From Chthoniobacteraceae bacterium (GTDB taxonomy: Bacteria; Verrucomicrobiota; Verrucomicrobiia; Chthoniobacterales; Chthoniobacteraceae), in NCBI GenBank assembly GCA_040081625.1, contig JBEBGD010000022.1, positions 1-61,959 on the forward strand: a DNA stretch of 61,959 nucleotides, written 5' to 3'. Below are positions 1 to 8,822 of this stretch, in pieces. The notes under the pieces were generated by a model that was given only the letters and a program-made list of their open reading frames with translations, made no database searches and was not told the origin of the DNA. The position numbers were made by a program, and so were the translations under genes. The stretch's first letter is position 1. Each line of letters starts with the position of its first letter.

Positions 1-1207
1 CAGTCGGCGGAACTACATCCTCACGACGTGGCGCGAAGTAGCGCGCCGCTATGGGTTCGTCGAGTTCGACGGCCCGGTCGTCGAGCCACTCGCGCTCTAC
101 GAGAAGAAGAGCGGCGGCGAACTCACCGGCCAGATGTTCACCGTCGCGACGAGCACGGAGCCCGGTGAGGTGAAAGGTGCGCTGCGCCCGGAGATGACGC
201 CGACGCTCGCGCGCATGGTCGCGGCGCGGGAGCGCGATTTCAAAAAGCCGCTCAAGTGGTTTTGCGTGCCGAACTTCTTCCGCCACGAGCGCCAGCAGCG
301 CGGACGGCTGCGCGAGTTCTATCAATACAACTGCGACATCATCGGCGAAGCCTCGCCCGCCGCGGACGCGGAGTTGATTGCGGTGCTCATCGACTCACTG
401 CGCGCCTTCGGCCTGAGCGCGCAGGACTTCGTCGTGCGCCTCTCCAGCCGCACCGCGTGGGAGCGTTTCTTCATCGAGCGCGGCGGGACGAAAGAAGAGG
501 AATACGAGTTCTTCCAAGTCGTGGACAAAGCCGAGCGCACGCCGCCGGAGAAGACCGACGCGGCGCTCGCGCGGTGGGGTATCGCCGCGGGGCAGGTGCT
601 CGACTTCATGCGCAGCAAGAAGCCCACGCCCGAGCTCGCCGCCGTGCTCGCCGATCTCGGGGCGCGCGGGCTTCGCGAGTTCGTGGAGATCGACTATGCG
701 ATCGTGCGCGGCCTCGCCTACTACACCGGCACCGTGTTCGAGGTCTTCGACCGCGCGAAGAACGAGCGTGCCCTCGCCGGCGGCGGCCGTTACGACCGAC
801 TGCTCGCGCAGATGAGCGACGGCAAGGTGGATCTGCCCGCGCTCGGCTTCGGAATGGGTGACGTGGTGCTCGCGAACCTCATCGACGAGACCCCCGCCGC
901 GAAAGCGATGCTCGACGCTTACCTCTCCACGCAGCAGGCCGCGGAAGTCTATGTCGTCATCGCCAAGGAAGAGCGTCGCGCCGACGCGCTCGCGCTCGTG
1001 CAGCGCCTGCGCGACGCCGGACTGCGCGCCGACTTCCCGCTCACGCCCGCGAAGGTCGGCAAGCAATTCCAAGCCGCCGAGAATCTCGGCGCACGCCACG
1101 CCGTGCTCGTCGGCGACGAGTGGCCGCAGGTGAAGCTCAAGACCCTCGCGACGCGCGAGGAAGTGGTGCTCGGCGGGGACGAGTTGCTCGCGAAGCTCGG
1201 CGCATAG
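1..1207 (+). CDS. hisS: Histidine--tRNA ligase (5' truncated by window edge)
   Basis: Frame is open from position 2 (..WREVARRYGFVEFDGPVVEPLALYEKKSG). HisRS motifs LRPEMT, FRHERQQRGRLREFYQ, VRGLAYYTG and GGGRYD are present, followed by a C-terminal anticodon-binding domain. Confidence 0.97.
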   Translation, partial: SRRNYILTTWREVARRYGFVEFDGPVVEPLALYEKKSGGELTGQMFTVATSTEPGEVKGALRPEMTPTLARMVAARERDFKKPLKWFCVPNFFRHERQQRGRLREFYQYNCDIIGEASPAADAELIAVLIDSLRAFGLSAQDFVVRLSSRTAWERFFIERGGTKEEEYEFFQVVDKAERTPPEKTDAALARWGIAAGQVLDFMRSKKPTPELAAVLADLGARGLREFVEIDYAIVRGLAYYTGTVFEVFDRAKNERALAGGGRYDRLLAQMSDGKVDLPALGFGMGDVVLANLIDETPAAKAMLDAYLSTQQAAEVYVVIAKEERRADALALVQRLRDAGLRADFPLTPAKVGKQFQAAENLGARHAVLVGDEWPQVKLKTLATREEVVLGGDELLAKLGA

Positions 1208-1267
1208 GCCGCGGGAGTGCGGGCTTGCCACCGGAGAGCCGCCCCGGTTACATCGCGCCCCGCTGCA

Positions 1268-4200
1268 ATGAGCCTCGACCGAACCTGCCCCACCTGCTCC
1301 GCGCCGTTGGCCGATGGCGCGCCCGACAGCGCACTCTGCCCGGCGTGTGCAAGCTCCGCGGCGCAGCGCACGGTCATCGACTCCGTGCCCGTGGAGCCCG
1401 CGCTCGCGTCCGACACGCTCACGACGATCGGCGACTTCGAGATCCTCGCGAAGCTCGGCGCCGGCGGCATGGGCGCGGTGTATAAGGCGCGGCAGGTCCC
1501 GCTCGATCGGCTCGTCGCGCTGAAGGTGCTGCCCTCGCAGTTCGCGGACGATCCCGAATACATCGGCCGCTTCCAGCGCGAGGCGAAGGTCGCGGCGAGT
1601 CTCCACCACGACAATCTCGTCGGCGTTTTCAGCTACGGCTCGGCGGACGGCGTTCACTTCATCGCGATGGAGCTGGTCGAGGGCGAGAATCTCCACCAGC
1701 TCCTCCGCAGCCGGCGCGTGGACATGGCCGAGGCGTTGGGGATCACCGACTACGTGGCGCAGGCGCTCAAGTGCGGCTGGGAGACCGCGCAGCTCGTCCA
1801 CCGCGACATCAAGCCGAGCAATATCTACCTCTCCTTCGACGGGAAGGTGAAGGTGGGCGACCTCGGGCTGGCCAAGAGCCTCACGTCAAACACCACCGGC
1901 ATCACGCAGACCGGCACGATGATGGGCACGCCGCACTACATGAGCCCCGAGCAGTGCCGCGGGGACAAGACGATCGACTTCCGCGCCGACATCTACTCGC
2001 TCGGCTGCATGCTCTTCGAGATGCTCACCGGCGCGCCACCATATCCCGGCAGCGACCCGGTCGCCATCGTCCACAAGCACCTCAACGCACCGCCGCCGGG
2101 CTTGCTCAAGGCGCTGCCCGGCTGCCCGCTGCCGGTGGCGCTACTGGTGGGGCGGATGCTGAAGAAAAACGCGCGCGACCGGCACGCGAGCTACGACGAA
2201 CTGATCGCCGAGATCGAAGCGCTGTATGAACACCTCGAGCGCGGCGAGGCGCTGGACGTGACGCAGTTCCGCCGGCCGGTGCAGCGAGTGACGCCGGCGA
2301 CGACGGTCAGCGAAGGGATGCCGGAGTGGGTCTGGTGGAGCGTCGTCGCGCTCGTGGCCGTCGCGCTCGCGATCATCTTCATGCCGAAGCCGAAGCCGAA
2401 GCCGCCCGTGGCTGCGGCCACACCCACGGCGGCACCCGCGACACCGCGTCCATCGCCCATCGCCGCAGCGACGCCTGTAGGGCAAGCGCCCCGCTTGCCG
2501 GCAGGCACACCCGCTCCCCCGGCAAGCGGGGCGCTTGCCCTACAATCCGCGACCGCCCTCGGCCCGTGGCAGCCGCTCTTTACCGACGCGGAATGGAAGG
2601 AGCGCAAGAGCCGCAAGCAAATCGTGGATGGCCGCATGAATCTGCAGGGAGGCCAACAATTGATGAAGCCGCTGCCTGCTGCCGATGGCGCTATTCGCGC
2701 CCGCATTCAAGTCCCCGAGACGGGGAATTATACGGCCGTCAACGCCCGCGAGGTGGAAGGGATCGGCGTCTATAAGCTGCAGGTGAGCAAGAATCCGACA
2801 AGCGCCGTGGTGCTGATTTATTTCCCGTGGGGCGGCAACGGAATCGAGCTGGTGAAGAAGTATCTGCCTCAATCCATCCAACCCAGCGCCGTGCTGCTGC
2901 TCGAGCTCCGCGTGCAAGGCAACCGCCTGACCGCGCTGGTCGATGGCGCCGTCTTCTTCGAAGCCCAAGACGCCCGCGTCGCCGGCCCCGGCCGGTGGGG
3001 CATCATCGCGAGCGACGGGTGGTTCGAGTCCGTGGAAGTGCAGACGCCGCTGCCCGCGCCCGCCGACGGCTGGGAAGACCTCCTCGCCCAGCTCACGCCC
3101 GAGCGGCTCACGCAGGACGGCGACGGCTGGCTCCGGGAGGGCCGCGCGCTGCGCAGCCCGAACCGGAAATATGCGAGGCTGCCGCTCGGCCAGTTCGCCG
3201 GCAGCAGCTACCAGGTGCGCGCCAGACTGCAGCAACTCATCGCGAAGAAGGACGGGCTCACCCTCCTGCTGCCGGTCGGGGATCGCCTCGTCGGGTTCAC
3301 GCTCGATGGCCTGCCTGCGGACGGGTATTTCACCGGCGTGAATACCGTGGAGGGCAAGCGGGGCAAAGACCTGCCCGGAAGCATCCTCGGCCAGGTGGTG
3401 AAGGACTCCGAGTGGCACGATCTGGAGGTGACCGTCCGCCTCGACGGCGCGCAGGCGAGCATCTCCTCCACCTTGGACGCCCGCCCGCTCTACGCCTGGA
3501 GCGGCCCCATCGCCGGTCTCAACCCGCAATGGCCCAAGCTTGCACAGGTTGCTGACACCCTCGCCCTGGTCAGCTTCGACGATGACTGGCGGGTCGCCGA
3601 GTTGAAGGCGAAGCGGCTGGGGGCCGCGGACGCCACGAAGGACGCGCCATTCGTGAACACCCTCGGCATGAAGTTCGTCCCCGTGCCGATCGTCGGCGGG
3701 CCGACGGCGGGGAAGACGGTGCTCTTCAGCGTGTGGGATACGCGCGTGCAGGACTACGCGGTCTTCGCCACGGAAACGCAGCGCGAACGGCCGAAGCCGG
3801 GCTACGAGCCAGGCCCCATGCATCCAGCGGCGGGGGTGAGCTGGGACGATGCGACCGCCTTCTGCGCGTGGCTCACCGAGCGCGAACGCCAGACGGGCGG
3901 GATCGGCGCGAGCGCACACTACCGGCTGCCGAGCGACCACGAGTGGAGCTGCGCCGTGGGCATCGGCGAGCAGGAAGACGCGGCCAGGCTGCCCGGCGAG
4001 AAAAACGGGAAGATCGCCGCTGTCTTCCCGTGGGGCACGGCCTGGCCACCCCCGGATCAGGCGGGCAACTACGGGAGCGAAGAACTGCGTCCGCTGCTCG
4101 CCGCCGGGAAGTATGCGTGGATCAAGAGAGTGTTGCCGGGCCGCCACGACGGGTTTGCGGAGACCTCGCCGGTGGGGAGCTACGCGGCGAACCGCTTTGG

Positions 4201-5017
4201 CCTCTACGACATGGGCGGCAACGTGTGGCAGTGGTGCAGCGACTCGTATGACAAGGCGCAAAAAGACCGCGTGCTGCGTGGCGCATCGTGGGAGCGCAGC
4301 GACGGCGGCAGTCTGCTGTCGTCGAGTCGCCTTTCCTCTGCACCCGCGATTCGTGGCACCGCTTTCGGCTTCCGGGTCGTCCTCGCCCTGCCCGCGGAAA
4401 CCGCCAGCACCGCCGCTCCCGCCGCCGCCCCGGCAGCGGACAAGGACGGCTGGGAAGACCTCCTCGCCCGCCTCACGCCCGCGATCGTCGCGCAGACCGG
4501 CCACGGGTGGAGCCTGAAAGACAGCGAGCTTTTCAGCCCGGACACGAAATTCGCGACGTTGCCGCTGCCCGGCAAAGTGTCCGGGACCAGCTACCAGGTG
4601 CGCGTGACGCTGCGGCGGCTCGCCGGGAAGTGGCTTTTCCTCGTCGTCCTCCCCGTCGCGGACCGGATGTGCGGGTTCGAGCTGGAAGGAGGGCAGAGCT
4701 CCAGCAGCACCACCTTCTACACCGGCCTGAATCTAGTGAATGGCAAGTCGGGCAAGAACCTGCCCGGAGTCGTGGAGGGCAAACAGGTGAACGACCCCAA
4801 GCCGCACGAACTGGAGGTGACCGTGCGCCTCGACGGCGCGAACGCGACCATCACCACCACGCTCGACACCCGCCCGCTCTACGAATGGACCGGCCCCACC
4901 TCCGCCCTCAGCCAGCACAAGGATTGGGCCACCACCGAGCCCGGCGCCCTCGCCCTCGGCACCTTCTCCGGCGGCTGGGCGGTCTCCGAGGTGAAGCTGA
5001 AGCGGCTGGCGCCGTAA
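1268..5017 (+). CDS. Membrane-anchored multidomain Ser/Thr protein kinase: Zn ribbon, kinase, TM, Pro/Ala linker, beta-sandwich modules, FGE-sulfatase (CLec-fold) domain
   Basis: ATG at 1268. CPTC..CPAC, GAGGMG, VALK, HRDIKPSN, DLGLAK, MGTPHYMSPEQ. TM segment WWSVVALVAVALAIIF. FGE motifs VSWDDA, YRLPSDHEW, FGLYDMGGNVWQW, VLRGASW, GFRVV. Confidence 0.92.
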   Translation: MSLDRTCPTCSAPLADGAPDSALCPACASSAAQRTVIDSVPVEPALASDTLTTIGDFEILAKLGAGGMGAVYKARQVPLDRLVALKVLPSQFADDPEYIGRFQREAKVAASLHHDNLVGVFSYGSADGVHFIAMELVEGENLHQLLRSRRVDMAEALGITDYVAQALKCGWETAQLVHRDIKPSNIYLSFDGKVKVGDLGLAKSLTSNTTGITQTGTMMGTPHYMSPEQCRGDKTIDFRADIYSLGCMLFEMLTGAPPYPGSDPVAIVHKHLNAPPPGLLKALPGCPLPVALLVGRMLKKNARDRHASYDELIAEIEALYEHLERGEALDVTQFRRPVQRVTPATTVSEGMPEWVWWSVVALVAVALAIIFMPKPKPKPPVAAATPTAAPATPRPSPIAAATPVGQAPRLPAGTPAPPASGALALQSATALGPWQPLFTDAEWKERKSRKQIVDGRMNLQGGQQLMKPLPAADGAIRARIQVPETGNYTAVNAREVEGIGVYKLQVSKNPTSAVVLIYFPWGGNGIELVKKYLPQSIQPSAVLLLELRVQGNRLTALVDGAVFFEAQDARVAGPGRWGIIASDGWFESVEVQTPLPAPADGWEDLLAQLTPERLTQDGDGWLREGRALRSPNRKYARLPLGQFAGSSYQVRARLQQLIAKKDGLTLLLPVGDRLVGFTLDGLPADGYFTGVNTVEGKRGKDLPGSILGQVVKDSEWHDLEVTVRLDGAQASISSTLDARPLYAWSGPIAGLNPQWPKLAQVADTLALVSFDDDWRVAELKAKRLGAADATKDAPFVNTLGMKFVPVPIVGGPTAGKTVLFSVWDTRVQDYAVFATETQRERPKPGYEPGPMHPAAGVSWDDATAFCAWLTERERQTGGIGASAHYRLPSDHEWSCAVGIGEQEDAARLPGEKNGKIAAVFPWGTAWPPPDQAGNYGSEELRPLLAAGKYAWIKRVLPGRHDGFAETSPVGSYAANRFGLYDMGGNVWQWCSDSYDKAQKDRVLRGASWERSDGGSLLSSSRLSSAPAIRGTAFGFRVVLALPAETASTAAPAAAPAADKDGWEDLLARLTPAIVAQTGHGWSLKDSELFSPDTKFATLPLPGKVSGTSYQVRVTLRRLAGKWLFLVVLPVADRMCGFELEGGQSSSSTTFYTGLNLVNGKSGKNLPGVVEGKQVNDPKPHELEVTVRLDGANATITTTLDTRPLYEWTGPTSALSQHKDWATTEPGALALGTFSGGWAVSEVKLKRLAP
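2476..2544. repeat. GTAG-family REP-like inverted doublet (REPIN-like), in frame inside the kinase gene
   Basis: TGTAGGGCAAGCGCCCCGCTTGCCGG (2476-2501) and its exact reverse complement (2519-2544). Each arm is GTAG plus the hairpin GGCAAGCG-CCC-CGCTTGCC. Total length is 69 bp (23 codons). Confidence 0.85.
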
Positions 5018-5058
5018 GGCCGACACCCGCGACCCGGCAAAGCAGTCCCGGTTAGCGT

Positions 5059-5235
5059 CTCAAACCGCCCATTGCGCGGACGACGGACCCCTTCGGCACT
5101 CTCAAACCGCCCATTGCGCGGACGACGGACCCCTTCGGCACTCTCAAATCGCCCATCGCGCGGACGACGGACCCCTTCGGCACTCTCAAACCACCCATTG
5201 CACGGACGACGGACCTGTCCCCTACACTCAAACCG
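5059..5235. repeat. 42-bp tandem repeat (VNTR), 4 copies plus a partial copy, between convergent genes
   Basis: Unit CTCAAACCGCCCATTGCGCGGACGACGGACCCCTTCGGCACT starts at 5059, 5101, 5143 and 5185, with a partial unit at 5227. No spacers; the last copy is degenerate. Confidence 0.95.
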
Positions 5236-5323
5236 GCCAAAAAACGGGCCTCTACAGAGTAGAAGGCCGCGTAGGCCGACGGCGGACCCCGGCGTATGGC
5301 ATGGGGATGCCCGGAAGGCGGTC

Positions 5324-6637
5324 CTACTCCGGCAGCAGCGTCGCCGGGTCTTCGCGGTAGGGCTTCTTCTGCCGGTAGAGCTCGACCCGGTCGGCGATCT
5401 GTTTGCGCACGACCTCGGTCTCCTCGGCGGAGTGCTTCACGGCTTCCTGCTGCCACTTGAGCGCGTCGTCCCATTCGCCTTTCTCGGCGTGCGCGGCGGC
5501 GAGCGTGTCGAGGAAGGCGCCGTGCTTGTATTCGGTCAGCTTGCACGCTTGCTCGGCGAGTTCGACGGCCTTGGCGCCGTTGCGGACGTTGTCTTTCATG
5601 CCGGTCGAGAGCAGCCACGCGTAGTCGTTCCACACCTGCGCCTCGGTCGGGAAGCGCTTCACGGCGTCGGCGTAATCGGTCGCCGCCTTGTCGAGCGAGC
5701 CCGACGCGTAGTGCGTCGCGGCGCGACCCATGATGGCGCGGAACTCGCCCGGATCGACGGCGAGCGCGGCGTTGTAGTCCTTGAGCGCGGCGGGCCATTG
5801 CTTCTGCGAACGCGCGAGGTCACCGCGGCCGATCAGCGCCATCAGGTCTTTCGGCTCGAGCTTGAGCGCGGCGTTGAAGTCGGCCTTGGCCTCGACGGGT
5901 TTGTCGAGTGCGGCGTAGGCGTAGGCGCGCTGCGTGAGCGGGCGCGGGTCCTTCGGCGCGAGCCGCGCGGCGATGGTGAAGGCTTCGATGGCGCGGTCAG
6001 GGCGCTTGGTCGCGTAGAAGACCATGCCGAGCCCGACGTGGCCGGCGGGGTTCTTCGGCTCGATCCGCGCGCTCGATGCGAAGTCGTCCTCGGCTTTCTC
6101 GAAGTCGCCGGTGCGAAGACAAATCTGCCCGCGGGCGAGCCGCGCGCCGACGTTCTTCGGGTTGATCTCGATCGCGCCATCGAGGTCCACCATCGCGGAT
6201 GCTGCGGCGTTTTGCTGCGCAAAGAGAAGTCCGCGGCAGTAGAGCGCCCAGTCGTCCTGCGGGTTGATCCGGAGGGCGCGATTCATGTCGGCCATGGCGT
6301 CGTCGAGCTGGCCTTTCTTTTGCCGGATGTAACCGCGCTGCGCGATCGCCGCGGGGTTTTCCGGCTCGAGTTTCAGAGCGGCTTCGGCGTCGCCAAGTGC
6401 TTCGTCGAGCTGGTCGCGGTCGGCGAGGATGCGCGCGCGCCAGAGGTGGCCCTGCGCGTGTTTCTTGTCGTCCTTGAGCAGCGCGTCGAGCGCGTCGAGC
6501 GCCGCGTCGAGGTCGCCGGCCTCGAGGGATTTCTGCGCCATGGCCCAGTAGTCGGTCTTGCTGGCCTTGATGGCGGCATGCGAGCCGGCGGTGGCGAGGC
6601 TGAGGATGAGGGCGAGCGCGAGGAGTCGGAGATTCAC
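5324..6637 (-). CDS. Exported tetratricopeptide-repeat protein
   Basis: Signal peptide (LRLLALALILSLATAGSHA). Many 34-aa TPR units (RG..A..D...AL.L.P). C-terminal NDYAWLL..LDTLAAAHAE motif. Confidence 0.9.
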   Translation of the reverse strand: MNLRLLALALILSLATAGSHAAIKASKTDYWAMAQKSLEAGDLDAALDALDALLKDDKKHAQGHLWRARILADRDQLDEALGDAEAALKLEPENPAAIAQRGYIRQKKGQLDDAMADMNRALRINPQDDWALYCRGLLFAQQNAAASAMVDLDGAIEINPKNVGARLARGQICLRTGDFEKAEDDFASSARIEPKNPAGHVGLGMVFYATKRPDRAIEAFTIAARLAPKDPRPLTQRAYAYAALDKPVEAKADFNAALKLEPKDLMALIGRGDLARSQKQWPAALKDYNAALAVDPGEFRAIMGRAATHYASGSLDKAATDYADAVKRFPTEAQVWNDYAWLLSTGMKDNVRNGAKAVELAEQACKLTEYKHGAFLDTLAAAHAEKGEWDDALKWQQEAVKHSAEETEVVRKQIADRVELYRQKKPYREDPATLLPE

Positions 6638-6685
6638 GCGCGGACGGTTCCGGCATTCCGCCGGGCGGTCAACTGCCGACCCGGG

Positions 6686-7453
6686 TCAACTGTTGGGTCG
6701 CTTGATGAAGGCCGAGAACAGCTCGATCGGCAGCGGCAGGATCATCGTCGTATTATGCTCGCCGGACATCTGGTTCACGGTCTGGAGGAAGCGGAGCTGG
6801 ATCGCGACCGGTTCCTTCGCGATCAAGGCCGCGGCCTGCGCGAGCTTCTCCGCGGCCTGATATTCTCCCTCGGCGTTGATGATCTTTGCGCGCCGCTCGC
6901 GCTCCATCTCGGCCTGCCGCGCCATCGCGCGTTTCATCGTGTCGGGCAGGACGACGTCCTTGACCTCGACCGTCACCACCTTCACGCCCCACGGATCGGT
7001 CTGCCGATCGATGATCTCCTGGAGCCGCTGATTGAGCTGGTCGCGCTGCGAGAGCAACTCGTCGAGTTCCACCTGCCCGAGCACGCTGCGCAGCGTCGTC
7101 TGAGCGATGAGCGAGGTGGCGAGGTGGAAGTTCTCGACCTTCACGACGGCGGCGACCGGATCCATCACGCGGAAGTAGAGCACGGCATCGACGGTCGCGG
7201 GCACGTTGTCGCGAGTCATCACCTCCTGCCGCGCGACATCGATCGTGACCACGCGCAGGTCCATCTTCACCATGCGATCGACGATGGGGATGAGAAACAC
7301 GAGGCCCGGACCTTTCTCGCCGAGCAGCTTGCCGAGGCGGAAGACGACGCCGCGCTCGTATTCGCGCAGCACGCGGACCATCTGCGGCAGCACGATGGTG
7401 GCGAGGATGAAGGCGGCGATGACCCAGGGCATGAGTTTGAGGATGACGTTCAT
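6686..7453 (-). CDS. SPFH/stomatin (slipin) family membrane protein
   Basis: [53 protein letters not shown]. Confidence 0.95.
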   Translation of the reverse strand: MNVILKLMPWVIAAFILATIVLPQMVRVLREYERGVVFRLGKLLGEKGPGLVFLIPIVDRMVKMDLRVVTIDVARQEVMTRDNVPATVDAVLYFRVMDPVAAVVKVENFHLATSLIAQTTLRSVLGQVELDELLSQRDQLNQRLQEIIDRQTDPWGVKVVTVEVKDVVLPDTMKRAMARQAEMERERRAKIINAEGEYQAAEKLAQAAALIAKEPVAIQLRFLQTVNQMSGEHNTTMILPLPIELFSAFIKRPNS

Positions 7454-7457
7454 AAGT

Positions 7458-8747
7458 TCAGGATGTTTTGGCGCGGACGGTGAGCTTCAAGCCGTCGATG
7501 CGCACGATCTCGACCGGCTGGCCTTCGGCGATGGGCTGGTCGCTGACTGCATTCCAGTATTCGCCCTCGAGGAAGACTTTTCCGCCTGCCGGATTGATCG
7601 GCGCCACCGCTTTCGCGGTCGCGCCCAGCATCGTCTCGCGACCGACCTTCACCGGCCAGAGCTGCGCGCGCAGCCCGGCGCCGACGATGAAGGCGAAGAA
7701 CCCCGCCGTGAGCACGGTGCCCGCGATGATGTAAGCGAGCGAGAGGCGGAAAGTCGGCTCAGGCGTCTCGAAAAGCATGAGCGCACCGATGAAGAAAGCG
7801 GCGATGCCACCGACGGTGAGCACGCCGTGAGTCGGCGTGAAGATGTCCGCGATGAACAGCGCGATCGCGAGGCCGATGAGCGCGAGGCCGGCGAGATTGA
7901 TCGGCAGCACGGCGGCCATGTAGAGCGCGAGGATCAGCGCGATGCCGCCGGCGACGCCGGGGATGATCGCACCCGGATTGCTCAACTCGCCGATGATCCC
8001 GTAGATCGCGATGAGCATGAGGACGAAGAGCACCTCCGGCCGCCAGAGCGCGTGGAAGACGCGTTCGCGCAGCGTGGCGGGAATCTCGACGACCTTCGCC
8101 CCGGCCGTCGAGAGCGTGCGCTCGCCGACCTTGCGGCCATCGAGCTGGCGCAGCAGATCGGGCACATCGGCGGCGATGATCTCGATGACGTTCTTCTCGA
8201 GCGCCTGCGCAGCGGTGATCGATGCGCTCTCCTTCACCGACGAGCGCGCCCACTCCACGTTGCGTTTCCGCTTCGCCGCGATCGCCTCGATGTAGCTCGA
8301 CGCGTAGCTCTCGATCTTCTTCGACATCACATCGTCGCCCTTCTTCTCGCCCCCGTCCCCTCCCCCACCCGCCAGATCGACCGGATGCGCCGCGCCGATA
8401 TTCGTCGTCGGCGCCATCGCGGCCACGTCGGCCGCGAGCGTGATGAAACAACCCGCGCTGCCCGCGCTCGCACCGGACGGCGCGACATACACGACCACCG
8501 GCACGCGGGCCGCGAGCATCCGCTGCACGATGACCTTGGTCGATTCGAGCAGACCGCCCGGCGTGTCGAGCTGGACGACGAGGCACTGCGAGCCGTCCTT
8601 CTCCGCGACATCGATCGCGCGTGAGATGTAGCCCGCCGTAGCCGGGCCGATCGCGCCGGTGACTTTGATCAGCGACACGGTTTCCGCGCGCACTCCAACA
8701 ACACCGGCCAGAAGCCAGGCGGCGAGGATCGCGAGTCGCACATTCAT
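7458..8747 (-). CDS. nfeD: Long-form NfeD membrane-bound ClpP-class serine protease
   Basis: LDTPGG, SAGSAG and IGAAHPV in the protease domain, then a TM bundle and a C-terminal OB fold ([12 protein letters not shown]). Lies directly upstream of the SPFH gene, the canonical pairing. Confidence 0.92.
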   Translation of the reverse strand: MNVRLAILAAWLLAGVVGVRAETVSLIKVTGAIGPATAGYISRAIDVAEKDGSQCLVVQLDTPGGLLESTKVIVQRMLAARVPVVVYVAPSGASAGSAGCFITLAADVAAMAPTTNIGAAHPVDLAGGGGDGGEKKGDDVMSKKIESYASSYIEAIAAKRKRNVEWARSSVKESASITAAQALEKNVIEIIAADVPDLLRQLDGRKVGERTLSTAGAKVVEIPATLRERVFHALWRPEVLFVLMLIAIYGIIGELSNPGAIIPGVAGGIALILALYMAAVLPINLAGLALIGLAIALFIADIFTPTHGVLTVGGIAAFFIGALMLFETPEPTFRLSLAYIIAGTVLTAGFFAFIVGAGLRAQLWPVKVGRETMLGATAKAVAPINPAGGKVFLEGEYWNAVSDQPIAEGQPVEIVRIDGLKLTVRAKTS

Positions 8748-8822
8748 GACCCTTAGCCTAGTCGCTCAATCCGCGCTGGCAAAGCGGCTTCCCGCGCATA
8801 AGTTCCGCGCCCTTTTTCCACC

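Noticed and set aside
1225..1254. Sigma-70 promoter (TTGCCA-17 bp-TTACAT) upstream of kinase 1, and similar TTGC boxes before the tRNA and the ECF gene
   Set aside because: The -10 matches are imperfect and cannot be supported without transcription start data.
1858..1870. DLG instead of DFG as a sign of a pseudokinase
   Set aside because: The Mg-binding Asp, the VALK lysine and the HRD motif are intact; DLG is a tolerated variant.
5059..5235. Possible CRISPR array
   Set aside because: The units are contiguous with no unique spacers, and no cas genes are in the window; it is a plain tandem repeat.
5271..5327. GTAGG...CCTAC ends suggesting a REP doublet next to the TPR stop
   Set aside because: The arms match only over a few bases, and CCTAC coincides with the gene's stop codon.
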